Below are positions 1-10,699 of a stretch of 64,000 bases of DNA, one piece after another; position 1 is the first letter of the stretch, and every line of letters begins with the position of its first letter. The stretch is from NCBI RefSeq assembly GCF_011045215.1, contig NZ_CP049201.1, one strand, 5' to 3'. The stretch is from Escherichia coli. GTDB lineage: Bacteria > Pseudomonadota > Gammaproteobacteria > Enterobacterales > Enterobacteriaceae. A program made the position numbers and the translations under genes. The notes under the pieces were generated by a model, which was not told the origin of the DNA, ran no database searches, and saw only the letters and a program-made list of their open reading frames with translations.

Positions 1-687
1 CACACAGCGCGCGTAAACGCTGCATAAACGCAGGCGTCGCGGCGTAGAAACCGCCTTCGCCCTGAACCGGCTCAATCACGATGGCGGCGATATCTTCCGG
101 CGCGGCGTCATTTTTGAAGATCCGGTGGATGCTGGCGATAGCGTCATCTTCACTGATGCCGTGCAGCGGGCAAGGATAAAGCGCGCGATAAACGTGCCCT
201 GGCATCAGGCCCATGCCCGCAGAGTACGGATTCACCTTGCCGGTCAGCGCCAGCGTGTAATGCGTGCGCCCGTGATACGCGCCGCTAAAAGCGATGGTGC
301 CGCTACGTTTGGTGGCAGCGCGGGCGATTTTCACCGCGTTTTCCACCGCTTCGGAACCCGTGGTGACCAGCAGCGTTTTCTTGGCAAAATCGCCCGGCAC
401 CTTCTGATTCATAATCTCGCACAGCTCCAGATACGGCTCGTAAGCCAGCACCTGGAAGCAGGTGTGCGACAGTTTTTTCAACTGCGCTTCCACCGCCGCA
501 ACCACTTTCGGATGCAGGTGCCCGGTATTGAGCACCGCAATGCCGCCCGCGAAATCAAGATACTCACGGCCTTCAACGTCCCACACCCGGCAGTTTTCCG
601 CGCGGTCAGCGAAAATCGGGTGAATTTGCCCAACGCCACGGGGAATCGCCTGACTGCGGCGCTGCATTAACTCTTTATTGCTGCTCA
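1..687 (-). CDS. gabT: 4-aminobutyrate aminotransferase GabT, N-terminal ~229 codons; gene runs off the window start
   Basis: Reverse-strand translation from ATG at 685-687 reads MSSNKELMQRRSQAIPRGVGQIHPIFADRAENCRVWDVEGREYLDFAGG..., which I recognise as GabT; sits immediately downstream of gabD as in the csiD-lhgO-gabDT operon. Confidence 0.9.
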
Positions 688-701
688 TTCGCGTTCTCCA
701 G

Positions 702-2150
702 TTAAAGACCGATGCACATATATTTGATTTCTAAGTAATCTTCGATGCCATACTTCGAACCTTCACGACCCAGACCCGAGGCTTTGATGCCGCCGAACGG
801 GGCCACTTCATTGGAAATAATGCCGGTATTGATGCCGACGATGCCGTACTCCAGCGCCTCGCCCACGCGGAAGACGCGACTTAAATCACGGGCGTAGAAA
901 TAGGCGGCAAGGCCAAACTCGGTGTCATTGGCCTGCGCAATCACATCGGCTTCATCTTTAAAACGGAACAGTGGGGCTAGGGGGCCGAAGGTCTCTTCTT
1001 TCGACACTTTGGCGTTGGACGGAACGTCCACCAGAATGGTCGGCTGGAAGAAGTTGCCGCCGCGTTCGTGCGCTTTACCGCCGCAAACCACGCGCGCGCC
1101 TTTCTCCAGCGCATCGGCAATATGCTCTTCCACTTTTGCTACCGCTTTTTCATCGATCAGCGGCCCGATGGTGACGTCTTTATCCAGCCCGTCGCCGATA
1201 TGCAGTTTGCTCACCGCCTGCTGCAATTTTTCGGCAAAGCGGTCATACACGCCGTCCTGCACGTATAAACGGTTGGCGCAGACGCAGGTTTGCCCGGCGT
1301 TGCGGAATTTCGAGGCCAGTGCGCCTTCCACGGCTTTATCGAGATCGGCATCGTCAAAGACGATAAACGGCGCGTTGCCGCCCAGCTCCAGCGACACTTT
1401 TTTGATGTCTTTCGCGCACTGTTCCATTAACTGGCGGCCAATTTCGGTCGAGCCGGTAAACGACAGTTTGCGTACCAGCGGGTTGCTGGTCAGTTCATTA
1501 CCCACCGCGCCCGCCGAACCGGTGACCACGTTAAACACGCCAGCCGGAATGCCCGCGCGGATCGCCAGCTCTGCCAGCGCCAGCGCAGAGAACGGCGTCT
1601 GACTGGCGGGCTTCAGCACCATCGTGCAGCCAGCCGCCAGCGCCGGGCCGGCTTTACGGGTAATCATCGCCGCCGGGAAGTTCCACGGCGTGATAGCCGC
1701 GGTGACGCCAATCGGCTGCTTGATAACAATCAGGCGTTTATCGGCCTGATGACCGGGAATGGTGTCGCCATAAATGCGTTTGCCTTCTTCGGCAAACCAC
1801 TCAATAAAGGAGGCGGCGTAGCTGATTTCACCTTTCGCTTCAGCCAGTGGTTTGCCCTGTTCGAGGGTCATCAGGCGCGCTAAATCGTCCTGATGCTCCA
1901 TCATCAAATTGAACCAGTTGCGCAGAATGTTGGCGCGTTCTTTGGCGGTGAGCGCACGCCAGGCGGGCAGGGCGCGGTTGGCGGCGTCGATAGCGGCGCG
2001 GGTTTCATCAGCGCCCATTTTCGGCACGCTACCCAGCTTGTCGCCGTTCGCCGGATTGGTGACGTCGATGACTTCACCATTGTTGGCGTCCAGCCATTCC
2101 CCGTTAATCAACGCCTGCTGGCGGAATAATTTACTGTCGTTAAGTTTCAT
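702..2150 (-). CDS. gabD: Succinate-semialdehyde dehydrogenase (NADP+) GabD
   Basis: 482-aa ORF with aldehyde dehydrogenase motifs (ELGGNAP, GQTCVCANR); recognised as GabD; operon context. Confidence 0.95.
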   Translation of the reverse strand: MKLNDSKLFRQQALINGEWLDANNGEVIDVTNPANGDKLGSVPKMGADETRAAIDAANRALPAWRALTAKERANILRNWFNLMMEHQDDLARLMTLEQGKPLAEAKGEISYAASFIEWFAEEGKRIYGDTIPGHQADKRLIVIKQPIGVTAAITPWNFPAAMITRKAGPALAAGCTMVLKPASQTPFSALALAELAIRAGIPAGVFNVVTGSAGAVGNELTSNPLVRKLSFTGSTEIGRQLMEQCAKDIKKVSLELGGNAPFIVFDDADLDKAVEGALASKFRNAGQTCVCANRLYVQDGVYDRFAEKLQQAVSKLHIGDGLDKDVTIGPLIDEKAVAKVEEHIADALEKGARVVCGGKAHERGGNFFQPTILVDVPSNAKVSKEETFGPLAPLFRFKDEADVIAQANDTEFGLAAYFYARDLSRVFRVGEALEYGIVGINTGIISNEVAPFGGIKASGLGREGSKYGIEDYLEIKYMCIGL

Positions 2151-2172
2151 TGTTACGTCCTGTTTTCAAAGG

Positions 2173-3441
2173 TTATTGATTAAATACGGCGTGTAAGGCA
2201 TCCACACTACGTGCCGCTCGCAGCGTGCGTCCGGGGTTACTCTGGCTTGCCAACAGCGTTTGTACCTTGCTGACAATATGCGCACCAATAGGAATTGCTG
2301 ATGTCGCTGCCGGGGAGGGCGCATTGCAGGTGTGGATCGTGCGCGGGGTGGTGACAAACAGAAAATCGTCAATCAGCTTGCCGTCCGGCGATACCGCCTG
2401 CGCCCGCACACCGGCGGGCCAGGGCTGGAGATCGCTTAACGAAAGCCGGGGACAATACTTTTGCACCAGCCGCAGATAGCCGCTTTTGCACAGCGAGTTT
2501 TTCATCTCGCCCAGTCCTGAGCGTAGATGGTTTTGCAGCACCCGGCGAATCCCCGACGAGCCTAAAATCTCCAGCGTGTCGCTAAATGAGAAGTCGCGCT
2601 TGCGATAGCCTTCGCGTTTGAACGCCAGCACTGCGTTTGGCCCAACGGTGACGCTACCGTCGATCATGCGGGTGAGATGAACGCCCAAAAACGGCATTGC
2701 CGGATCGGGAATGGGGTAAATCAGATGGTTAACAATCTGGTTATGCTCCGGCGCCAGGCGGAAATACTCGCCGCGGAACGGGCAGATAATAAAGCCCGGT
2801 TCGAGGCCGAGCATTTTCACCAGCCGGTCAGCCATCAGCCCGGAACAGCTAATCAGCGTCGATGCTTCATAGTCGCCGCCCTGACGGGTACGTATCACCA
2901 CGCCGCTTTTATGCTCACTAAGGCCGCTGACTTCGGCGTTATAGATAATCTCGCCGCCTCTGGCCTGGAAAATTTTTGCCATCGCCGCCGTTACTTCGCG
3001 GTAGCTGACAATGCCGCTGGACGGCACAAAAATACCGCCAAGCCCGGTGATATTCGGTTCGCGCTCGCGCAGTTCATCGGCGTTTAACCACTCGCGCTCG
3101 ATACCGTTTGCCGCCGTGCGTTCCCACAACGCGCGCATCCGTTCCATTTCGAGTTCAGAGGTGGCGACCAGCATCTTGCCGCAGTTGTCGTAGCGAATGC
3201 CGTTTTGATCGCAAAAGGCTTTGGTGGCGCGGTTTCCCGCCAGGCAAAACTGCGCCTTCAGACTGCCGGGCGTGTAATAAACCCCGGCATGGATCACGCC
3301 GCTGTTGTGGCCCGTCTGGTGACAGGCCGGGCCGGACTCTTTTTCCAGCAACGCAATGCGGGCGTCCGGGTAGACATCAATCAGTTGCATGGCGGTCGAC
3401 ATGCCGATGATGCCGCCGCCAATAATCACAAAATCATACAT
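2173..3441 (-). CDS. lhgO: L-2-hydroxyglutarate oxidase/dehydrogenase LhgO (YgaF)
   Basis: ORF 2173-3507; likely true start at MYDFVIIGGGIIG (FAD-binding GxGxxG) giving ~422 aa; between csiD and gabD. Confidence 0.9.
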   Translation of the reverse strand: MYDFVIIGGGIIGMSTAMQLIDVYPDARIALLEKESGPACHQTGHNSGVIHAGVYYTPGSLKAQFCLAGNRATKAFCDQNGIRYDNCGKMLVATSELEMERMRALWERTAANGIEREWLNADELREREPNITGLGGIFVPSSGIVSYREVTAAMAKIFQARGGEIIYNAEVSGLSEHKSGVVIRTRQGGDYEASTLISCSGLMADRLVKMLGLEPGFIICPFRGEYFRLAPEHNQIVNHLIYPIPDPAMPFLGVHLTRMIDGSVTVGPNAVLAFKREGYRKRDFSFSDTLEILGSSGIRRVLQNHLRSGLGEMKNSLCKSGYLRLVQKYCPRLSLSDLQPWPAGVRAQAVSPDGKLIDDFLFVTTPRTIHTCNAPSPAATSAIPIGAHIVSKVQTLLASQSNPGRTLRAARSVDALHAVFNQ

Positions 3442-3460
3442 CCGCTCAATTCCTTTGCGC

Positions 3461-4552
<1,092 letters not shown>

Positions 4553-4555
4553 TTA

Positions 4556-4575
4556 TTGTGATCAAAAGCAACAAA
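4556..4575. promoter_or_regulatory. Weak CRP-like half-palindrome (TGTGATCAAAAGCAACA) upstream of csiD
   Basis: TGTGA-N6-CAACA in the csiD upstream region; csiD is known to be cAMP-CRP and sigma-S dependent; match is imperfect. Confidence 0.25.
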
Positions 4576-4775
4576 TTGGTAACATTTAACGTAGGGTATT
4601 AAGGCAAAGTGAGACAGGAAATGAATAACTAAAGCAACAGGTTAGGGGGGGGATTACCATCAGAGAACAGATTATCTGGTCGATAAAAAACGGTAAATGG
4701 CTTCACTGCAAAATGACCGCTAGTAAACTAAATATATTATCTGCCCCGTTTTAGCGGGGCAGATATAACATTAAA

Positions 4776-7028
4776 TTACAAATAGAGATAGTTCAGCGGT
4801 TCTCCTGTTCTCCCTAAAAGAAGAGCGCTACGCCCAGGAATATTGATATTTAGAGTTCCGCCTCTAAGCATAAATGCTTTACCAGGGGGGATACTTTTGC
4901 GTGTATTATTAATAATAATGTTAACGCTATTACTCCCCATGTTTTTATATTTTCCAGGTTGCAATTTGTTAGGCCAGGCACCTTCAACTTCTTCGTTTCC
5001 TTTATTTATTATAACTAGTCCATCATGAGGAGAGTGATTAATGTTCACAGAATCCCCACGACTAAAGGCCAGAACGTTTTTAGTTGCAAATACACCCTCA
5101 AATGCGCTCCATATTCCTGCTTTATCTATATATAATGCGTGGAATTCATTGTAGAGCTGCTGATAGGTAGAGCAACCTTTATTAAGCCACGCCTCACCGC
5201 CGACACGCGTCGACCCATCATAATTTTTAATTTCAGTCGTTGATTTTAATACTTGGCCATCCCAGTAAACTAAAGGCCTGCTGAACGGGAGAGCGGCCAT
5301 ATATGCCATTGCTAATTGTTCATCTTGTTGATGGTTAAATAGAAAATCATTGAAAAGATTGCCATTGTTAGGAAAATCATGGTTAATGTTAATCAATATC
5401 CGTCTTTTTGATGGGATGCTTGAGATTGTGGAACCCGGTTTTGATGCAAGGGTTTGGAGATCGCCACCAAATGAAAAAGCTTTTATCGTCTTCATGAGCA
5501 ATGAAAAATCAATGGCGCTTAAATCATCTCTTTCATAAAGCAGCGATGACATTTGTTCTTCATCCAACTGACAAGTTACCAGATATTCCATGTAATTCAT
5601 GACGGCTTTTTCATGATATTTTGGGTTAAATAAGTTAGTATTGTGTAATCGCTCATTATAATTTTTAAGCGGTGGGGTTATTGATCTTTCTATTTGTTCA
5701 TGTTTTGAGTGTTTTGCTGCATCGTAACGTAAACCTCGTACGCCATATTTTCGCATTTCACGAACGTATTGATTTTGCAGCATAATAACCTGGTCACTTT
5801 TGGGGGTTGTTTTAGGCATTCCATTTAAACGCTTTTCTTTTAATGCATGGAGGTTTTCCCATTCATCCTTAGAAATATTATCTTTACTAGCTTCGAAGTC
5901 TTTTGCAGTGAGATGTATATCTTCTGGATGGATTTGTTTACGTTCTTTTGTTACTGGATCGATAATAAATGGAATCAAAACCTGACCTTGCCAATAGCCA
6001 GGGATACCACCTTCTATATCTTTACTGATCTTCGCTCGTATATCAGCAGAGGGATAATCCAGGTCATTTTTACCACTACCCCCGATTCCCATAAAGTTAA
6101 AAGTATAATCAGGAATGATATCGATACCAAATTTTTTAGCATCTTTAACCAATGCGATAAAATCCTGCAAATCTCCCATTGGATTGTGGATGGTACAAAG
6201 ATCTTCGGGTTGATAAGCGTGAAACCAGTAACCTTTTTCTTCTTCGGGAGTTTCTGGTCCGTCGGCACGGAAAGTTGTCACTGGAGGGATTTGTATATAC
6301 CCATAATGGCAACGTGCAAATTCAGACATATTTTCTCTGATCTGCTGGTAGGTGGCATTAAAAGCATGAAGAATCGCTTCGCCAGGTTTTTTGGGGGTGA
6401 TGATTTCACATTGTGATTTCTGAACAGCAGTAAGAGATTTACGCTCAAGTGTTTGCCGTAGATGTTCTGGATTGATTAGTATTTTAAATGTTTCTTGCTG
6501 TCCGGAAGGTGACGTCACGTTAATATTATATACATCGGCTGCCAGCTCATAGTCAGGAATGTTAATAGCATATGCAACATATTTATCTTTTGGGGAGGGT
6601 TTGTCAGATATAATGTGGGTGAAATGTTCAGCAGGACCATACTGGTGAACCCCCTTATTATATTCTCTTTAATTCATTGTATCTCTTTGATAAATCCATG
6701 TTTTTCCTTCTCCTATCCTGTCTGGCGCTGTAATACTACGCTGTGCAGCTTTATTCAGTTCACGGTAAGTTGTATCTGGAAAAAGGGAAATTTTATAATC
6801 GTTTTTTAACAGATCATTAATGATTTTTTCTGCGTGAAAAGTTGATATAATTTCTCTGTCTTTTAAATCCTGAGGATAAACTCCACAAGCATTAATAATA
6901 TTTGTTACACAGTTTAGATATTCTAATGTATTTAATTTGGAATTTAGATCCCCGTCAGTAATGTTCCATGATAACAATGTGGGGTTGTCGATAGGTAAAT
7001 TTCTTGGTCCTGGTTTTATAGAAAACAT
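4776..7028 (-). pseudogene. ygaQ: ygaQ-like alpha-amylase-family gene split by an in-frame TAA (ORFs 6669-7028 and 4776-6518)
   Basis: The 119-aa and 580-aa ORFs are in the same frame, separated only by TAA at 6669-6671 (minus strand) and 50 sense codons; GLRYDAAKH motif resembles alpha-amylase region II (GFRxDAAKH). Confidence 0.6.
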
Positions 7029-7587
7029 AATAACGTTCCTCTAATGGTAGAGTAATATGATGTATACGTAAACATAAAAATGTTTAATTGTTGTGAAAGT
7101 AATTGCAAACAGATGTCCTATTTTTATCCAATATTTATATGGAAAAGGATAATGCTTAAATCTGTTTTTTTAATTATCGATGTGGTCTGGAGAGGCAACT
7201 GTCAAAAATCGCTCATACGAAACTAATTATTAGCAGAATAAGTTCTATAAAAGAATATATTGCTATATGAAGTTTATTTTTATGGAGTGAAAAGTAACAG
7301 ATATCATAATGATGCGAAAACTCTTCAGTTAATGTAATAAACTTATATTATTAGATACAAAATCATTACAAAGTATCATTGAATCGATGATAACTATAGA
7401 TAGTGTTAATTATTAACATTTGCTTGTTGACTGCGAGTATCGACTTTGCGAATGGAGGCGATGTCGGGTTTTATGTCGCATGTATTGACGCCCCAGGATG
7501 GATGAGAACGCATAAAAATCTGTTATTTACATCATAAGATCATCATGTTTATTGCGTGGTTTATAAGTATTGTTATTGCATACTTAA

Positions 7588-7663
7588 GGCCCTTTAGCTC
7601 AGTGGTTAGAGCAGGCGACTCATAATCGCTTAGTCGCTGGTTCAAGTCCAGCAGGGGCCACCA
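7588..7663 (+). tRNA. ileY: tRNA-Ile (anticodon CAU, lysidine-type; ileY/ileX-like)
   Basis: 76-nt sequence GGCCCTTTAGCTCAGTGGTTAGAGCAGGCGACTCATAATCGC...GGGGCCACCA with CAU in the anticodon loop and encoded CCA end; recognised as the E. coli minor tRNA-Ile. Confidence 0.93.
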
Positions 7664-8414
7664 AATCATCATTCATGTATCAGGAAGAGTTAAGGGTACA
7701 AGGGGTACTCGATGGCGGTCTATATTTCATGACTAACGCCATTTAAAGGAAGAAGTGCGGTGGGTGGTTTCGAATGAGGGCTGGTGTTTTGGTACGTGGC
7801 ACGCCACTGCAATGTATTTATCCATCAGTACTCATTCAAAAGTACCTGGAAAAAATGCCCGCTATGCCAAGCGGGCAAATTGCTTACATGTGGAATTAAG
7901 TAATTAACGATAAAGCCAGAGTATTATCATTTATTATACCCATTCATTTAATCAGGTTAATTACTCAAATCACTGAACTATTCTCTGTTCGCTCACTGAT
8001 GATGAGTGAGTACCACAACCAATGTATGTAGAACAATGCCGTAGAGTAAGGATGAAATGTCTCTGCCACGCCTTAAACATCTACTACTGACCAGAACACC
8101 CGCCGCAGGTAGATGAGTTTTGTGAGCGTTACAGGAGCGTGGCTATGCTCATTAACCAACGCTATTGAGATATAAATTTCTAACACTTGAAAAACGATTT
8201 TCACTAATAAATTATAACGGGTGTTTTTTATCATACAGCGAAATAACTTTTTGTTTATTAAATTTAACATTTTTGTGCTAATTTAATTAAAAAGTCCATG
8301 CGTAGCATGTGAAGCAGTTAATGCCAGCAATTGTCTCAAATGAGCGATTTTTTATAGTGACAAACAATAATAACATTAAAAATAGCCATGTAGACATTAA
8401 CTGAGGAATAGACA

Positions 8415-9764
8415 ATGTTAATTAATAAAAGCAACGGATTTAACGCTAGCGCAGTTTTGGGTAGTGGAAGTTATAATGAAAATAAATCTTCTAAACACAT
8501 GGAGCTACTAGCTCATAGTATTGTAAAATTAATTTGTAAGGAAGCTGCATCAGAGACGTATCGCGGTGCTCTTGAAACTTTACAAAAAATGATGTCTGAA
8601 TGTAAATATAAAGAAGGCAACGCCTTTGTCATTATGGGAGCTGGAGGACAATTAAAACGTATTAAATATGATGTTGATGAAAATAAATTAAAAATATTCA
8701 ACATATACTTTGATAATAATTACGAGGTAGTTACTGATGGTGAGCCTGACGTAGTATTTTTAAGCAAGCAGGAGTGGGAAAATCTTCTCATTAAATTAAA
8801 ACCGGAGATTAAAGAAAATGTGTTTTCTGAAAATAACAAATTATCGAGAGAAAATAATTTTGATCAGTATGTTCAATCCGCTAAAAGAAATGAACAGACC
8901 CTTTTCGATAATATAAGAAAAAGTGATTTTCATGTTGGTTCACTTAAGCCAGGTAGTATGAATAATGTTATTTTAGAAATGCCACCAAATGTCTGTATGG
9001 AATCACGTAATTCATATGAAAACCAAATAGATGAGATTTCATCTTTGTCAGAGTCAAAGGAACACCCCATAGATATTCAAGAAAAAACAGATGCGTTTGT
9101 GAATGAGTTCAGGGGGATATTATTTGATCAAAATGGAAGGTCTTCAGAGTTTCTACTTAATTTTTATGAATGTTGCTATGTGTTTTTACCAAGAGCGCAG
9201 CCTCAGGATAAAATCGAAAGCTATAATTCAGCACTGCAAGCTTTTTCCATCTTTTGTTCATCTACGTTGACACATAATAATATAGGCTTTGATTTCAAAT
9301 TATTTCCAGAAGTCAAGCTGTCTGGAGAACATCTTGAAACGGTATTCAAATACAAAAATGGCGATGATGTCCGGGAGATAGCCAAAATTAACATTACTCT
9401 CCAAAAAGAAGAGGGTGGCTTATATAATCTACGTGGATTGGATTTTAAGGGATGCTTCTTTTCTGGACAGAACTTCAGTAACTATGATATTCAATATGTG
9501 AACTGGGGAACGTCATTGTTTGATGTTGATACTCCGTGTATTTTTAATACGCCTGCTAACCATGAGAGTTATGAAAAATCATTAAAACCTGTAAGCGAAA
9601 ACGGTTTAAATGGAGTCTTATCTGATCGTAATAAAAAAATAAAAATGATCACGGGTGTGGCGCCATTCGATGATATTTTATTTATGGATGATGACTTTGA
9701 TGATAACTCCCCTGAGGATGCTCCCATTGAGAATAGTCCTGTTGTGAATAGTCCCCTTGTATGA
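8415..9764 (+). CDS. Pentapeptide-repeat-containing protein (ypjB/ypjC-region gene; EspX-like effector family possible)
   Basis: 449-aa AT-rich ORF; C-terminal stretch LRGLDFKGCFFSGQNFSNYDIQYVNWGTSLFDVD fits a pentapeptide-repeat pattern; acidic C-terminal tail. Confidence 0.55.
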   Translation: MLINKSNGFNASAVLGSGSYNENKSSKHMELLAHSIVKLICKEAASETYRGALETLQKMMSECKYKEGNAFVIMGAGGQLKRIKYDVDENKLKIFNIYFDNNYEVVTDGEPDVVFLSKQEWENLLIKLKPEIKENVFSENNKLSRENNFDQYVQSAKRNEQTLFDNIRKSDFHVGSLKPGSMNNVILEMPPNVCMESRNSYENQIDEISSLSESKEHPIDIQEKTDAFVNEFRGILFDQNGRSSEFLLNFYECCYVFLPRAQPQDKIESYNSALQAFSIFCSSTLTHNNIGFDFKLFPEVKLSGEHLETVFKYKNGDDVREIAKINITLQKEEGGLYNLRGLDFKGCFFSGQNFSNYDIQYVNWGTSLFDVDTPCIFNTPANHESYEKSLKPVSENGLNGVLSDRNKKIKMITGVAPFDDILFMDDDFDDNSPEDAPIENSPVVNSPLV

Positions 9765-10059
9765 AGTTCTAAAAGTAGTTTTCAATGATAAATAAATGGC
9801 TATTTTTACGAAGAGATAATAACGTAGATTGAAACAATATGTATTATTGATTGAGTAAATGGGATTATTCTTCACACTACATCCATTTTAGTGTCACTAC
9901 CAAAGAAAAAGGGGCTACGTTTTCATGTAACCCCTTGATTTATTTGGTGGGCTAGCAGTGACTGAATTGGTGCTGTAATTGGTTGAAATATTTCATCTAA
10001 TGTCTGGTTCAACTTTCCTTAGCTGCCTGAAAGTTTTTTGATCTTACCCAGCAATAACA

Positions 10060-10390
10060 GCGTTACGGTGCACCACGCCTGACTGAAGAACTGCGTGCTC
10101 AGGGTTACCACTTCAACGTAAAACCGTGGCAGGAGGTCCGGACTGAAAAAACTGCTCAGGACATCATCGGCAGGGAACGCACTGCTAGTCTGTAAACTGA
10201 ACCGACTGGGGCGCAGTATGTGGCATCTTGTCGTGCTGTTGGAGGAGCTGTGCGAACGTGGTATTAACTTTCGTGCTCTGGCCCAATCTATATTTGCCCA
10301 ACAATGGGGGGGCGAATGCTGTAAAAGTAAAACAATCTGCGATCTCAAAGTTATTGTGTGATTTTTATGTGAGCAGAAGATATTCATCAG
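10060..10390 (+). pseudogene. Degenerate serine DNA-invertase fragment (pinH-like) fused to a short unidentified upstream piece
   Basis: Frameshifted translation gives ...[52 protein letters not shown]..., matching the central region of Gin/Pin invertases ([30 protein letters not shown]); lacks the catalytic N-terminus and C-terminal HTH. Confidence 0.45.
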
Positions 10391-10699
10391 AAACGATTAT
10401 GTAAATCATTTTATTTTGCCAACGGCCTCATTGTCGAAAGAAAAGAATACGCCCGTGTTTCCTGAATAGATTGACTTTTTTATCCAACCACACTTCAGCG
10501 CACTGCGTTTAAAAAATGCCTCATTCTTATGCGGAATATCATCATTTCATCATGATGTCTTTGATGAGCGGTGAACACAATACACTTGCGCTGTCTCTTC
10601 AGGATGAATCCCCTGGTCTGGTGCCTGTGGGCTGATGTTGCAGCAAAGCTAAGGTCGCTTAAACGCTACTCAGTATTCACTTTTCAGAGGATGAAATTT

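Noticed and set aside
125-670. 181-aa plus-strand ORF
   Set aside because: Lies entirely antisense to gabT, whose minus-strand translation is an unmistakable GabT sequence; GC-rich antisense ORFs of this kind are common artefacts.
922-1602. 226-aa plus-strand ORF and neighbouring short ORFs
   Set aside because: Antisense to gabD; Ser/Ala/Pro-rich low-complexity translation typical of a spurious frame.
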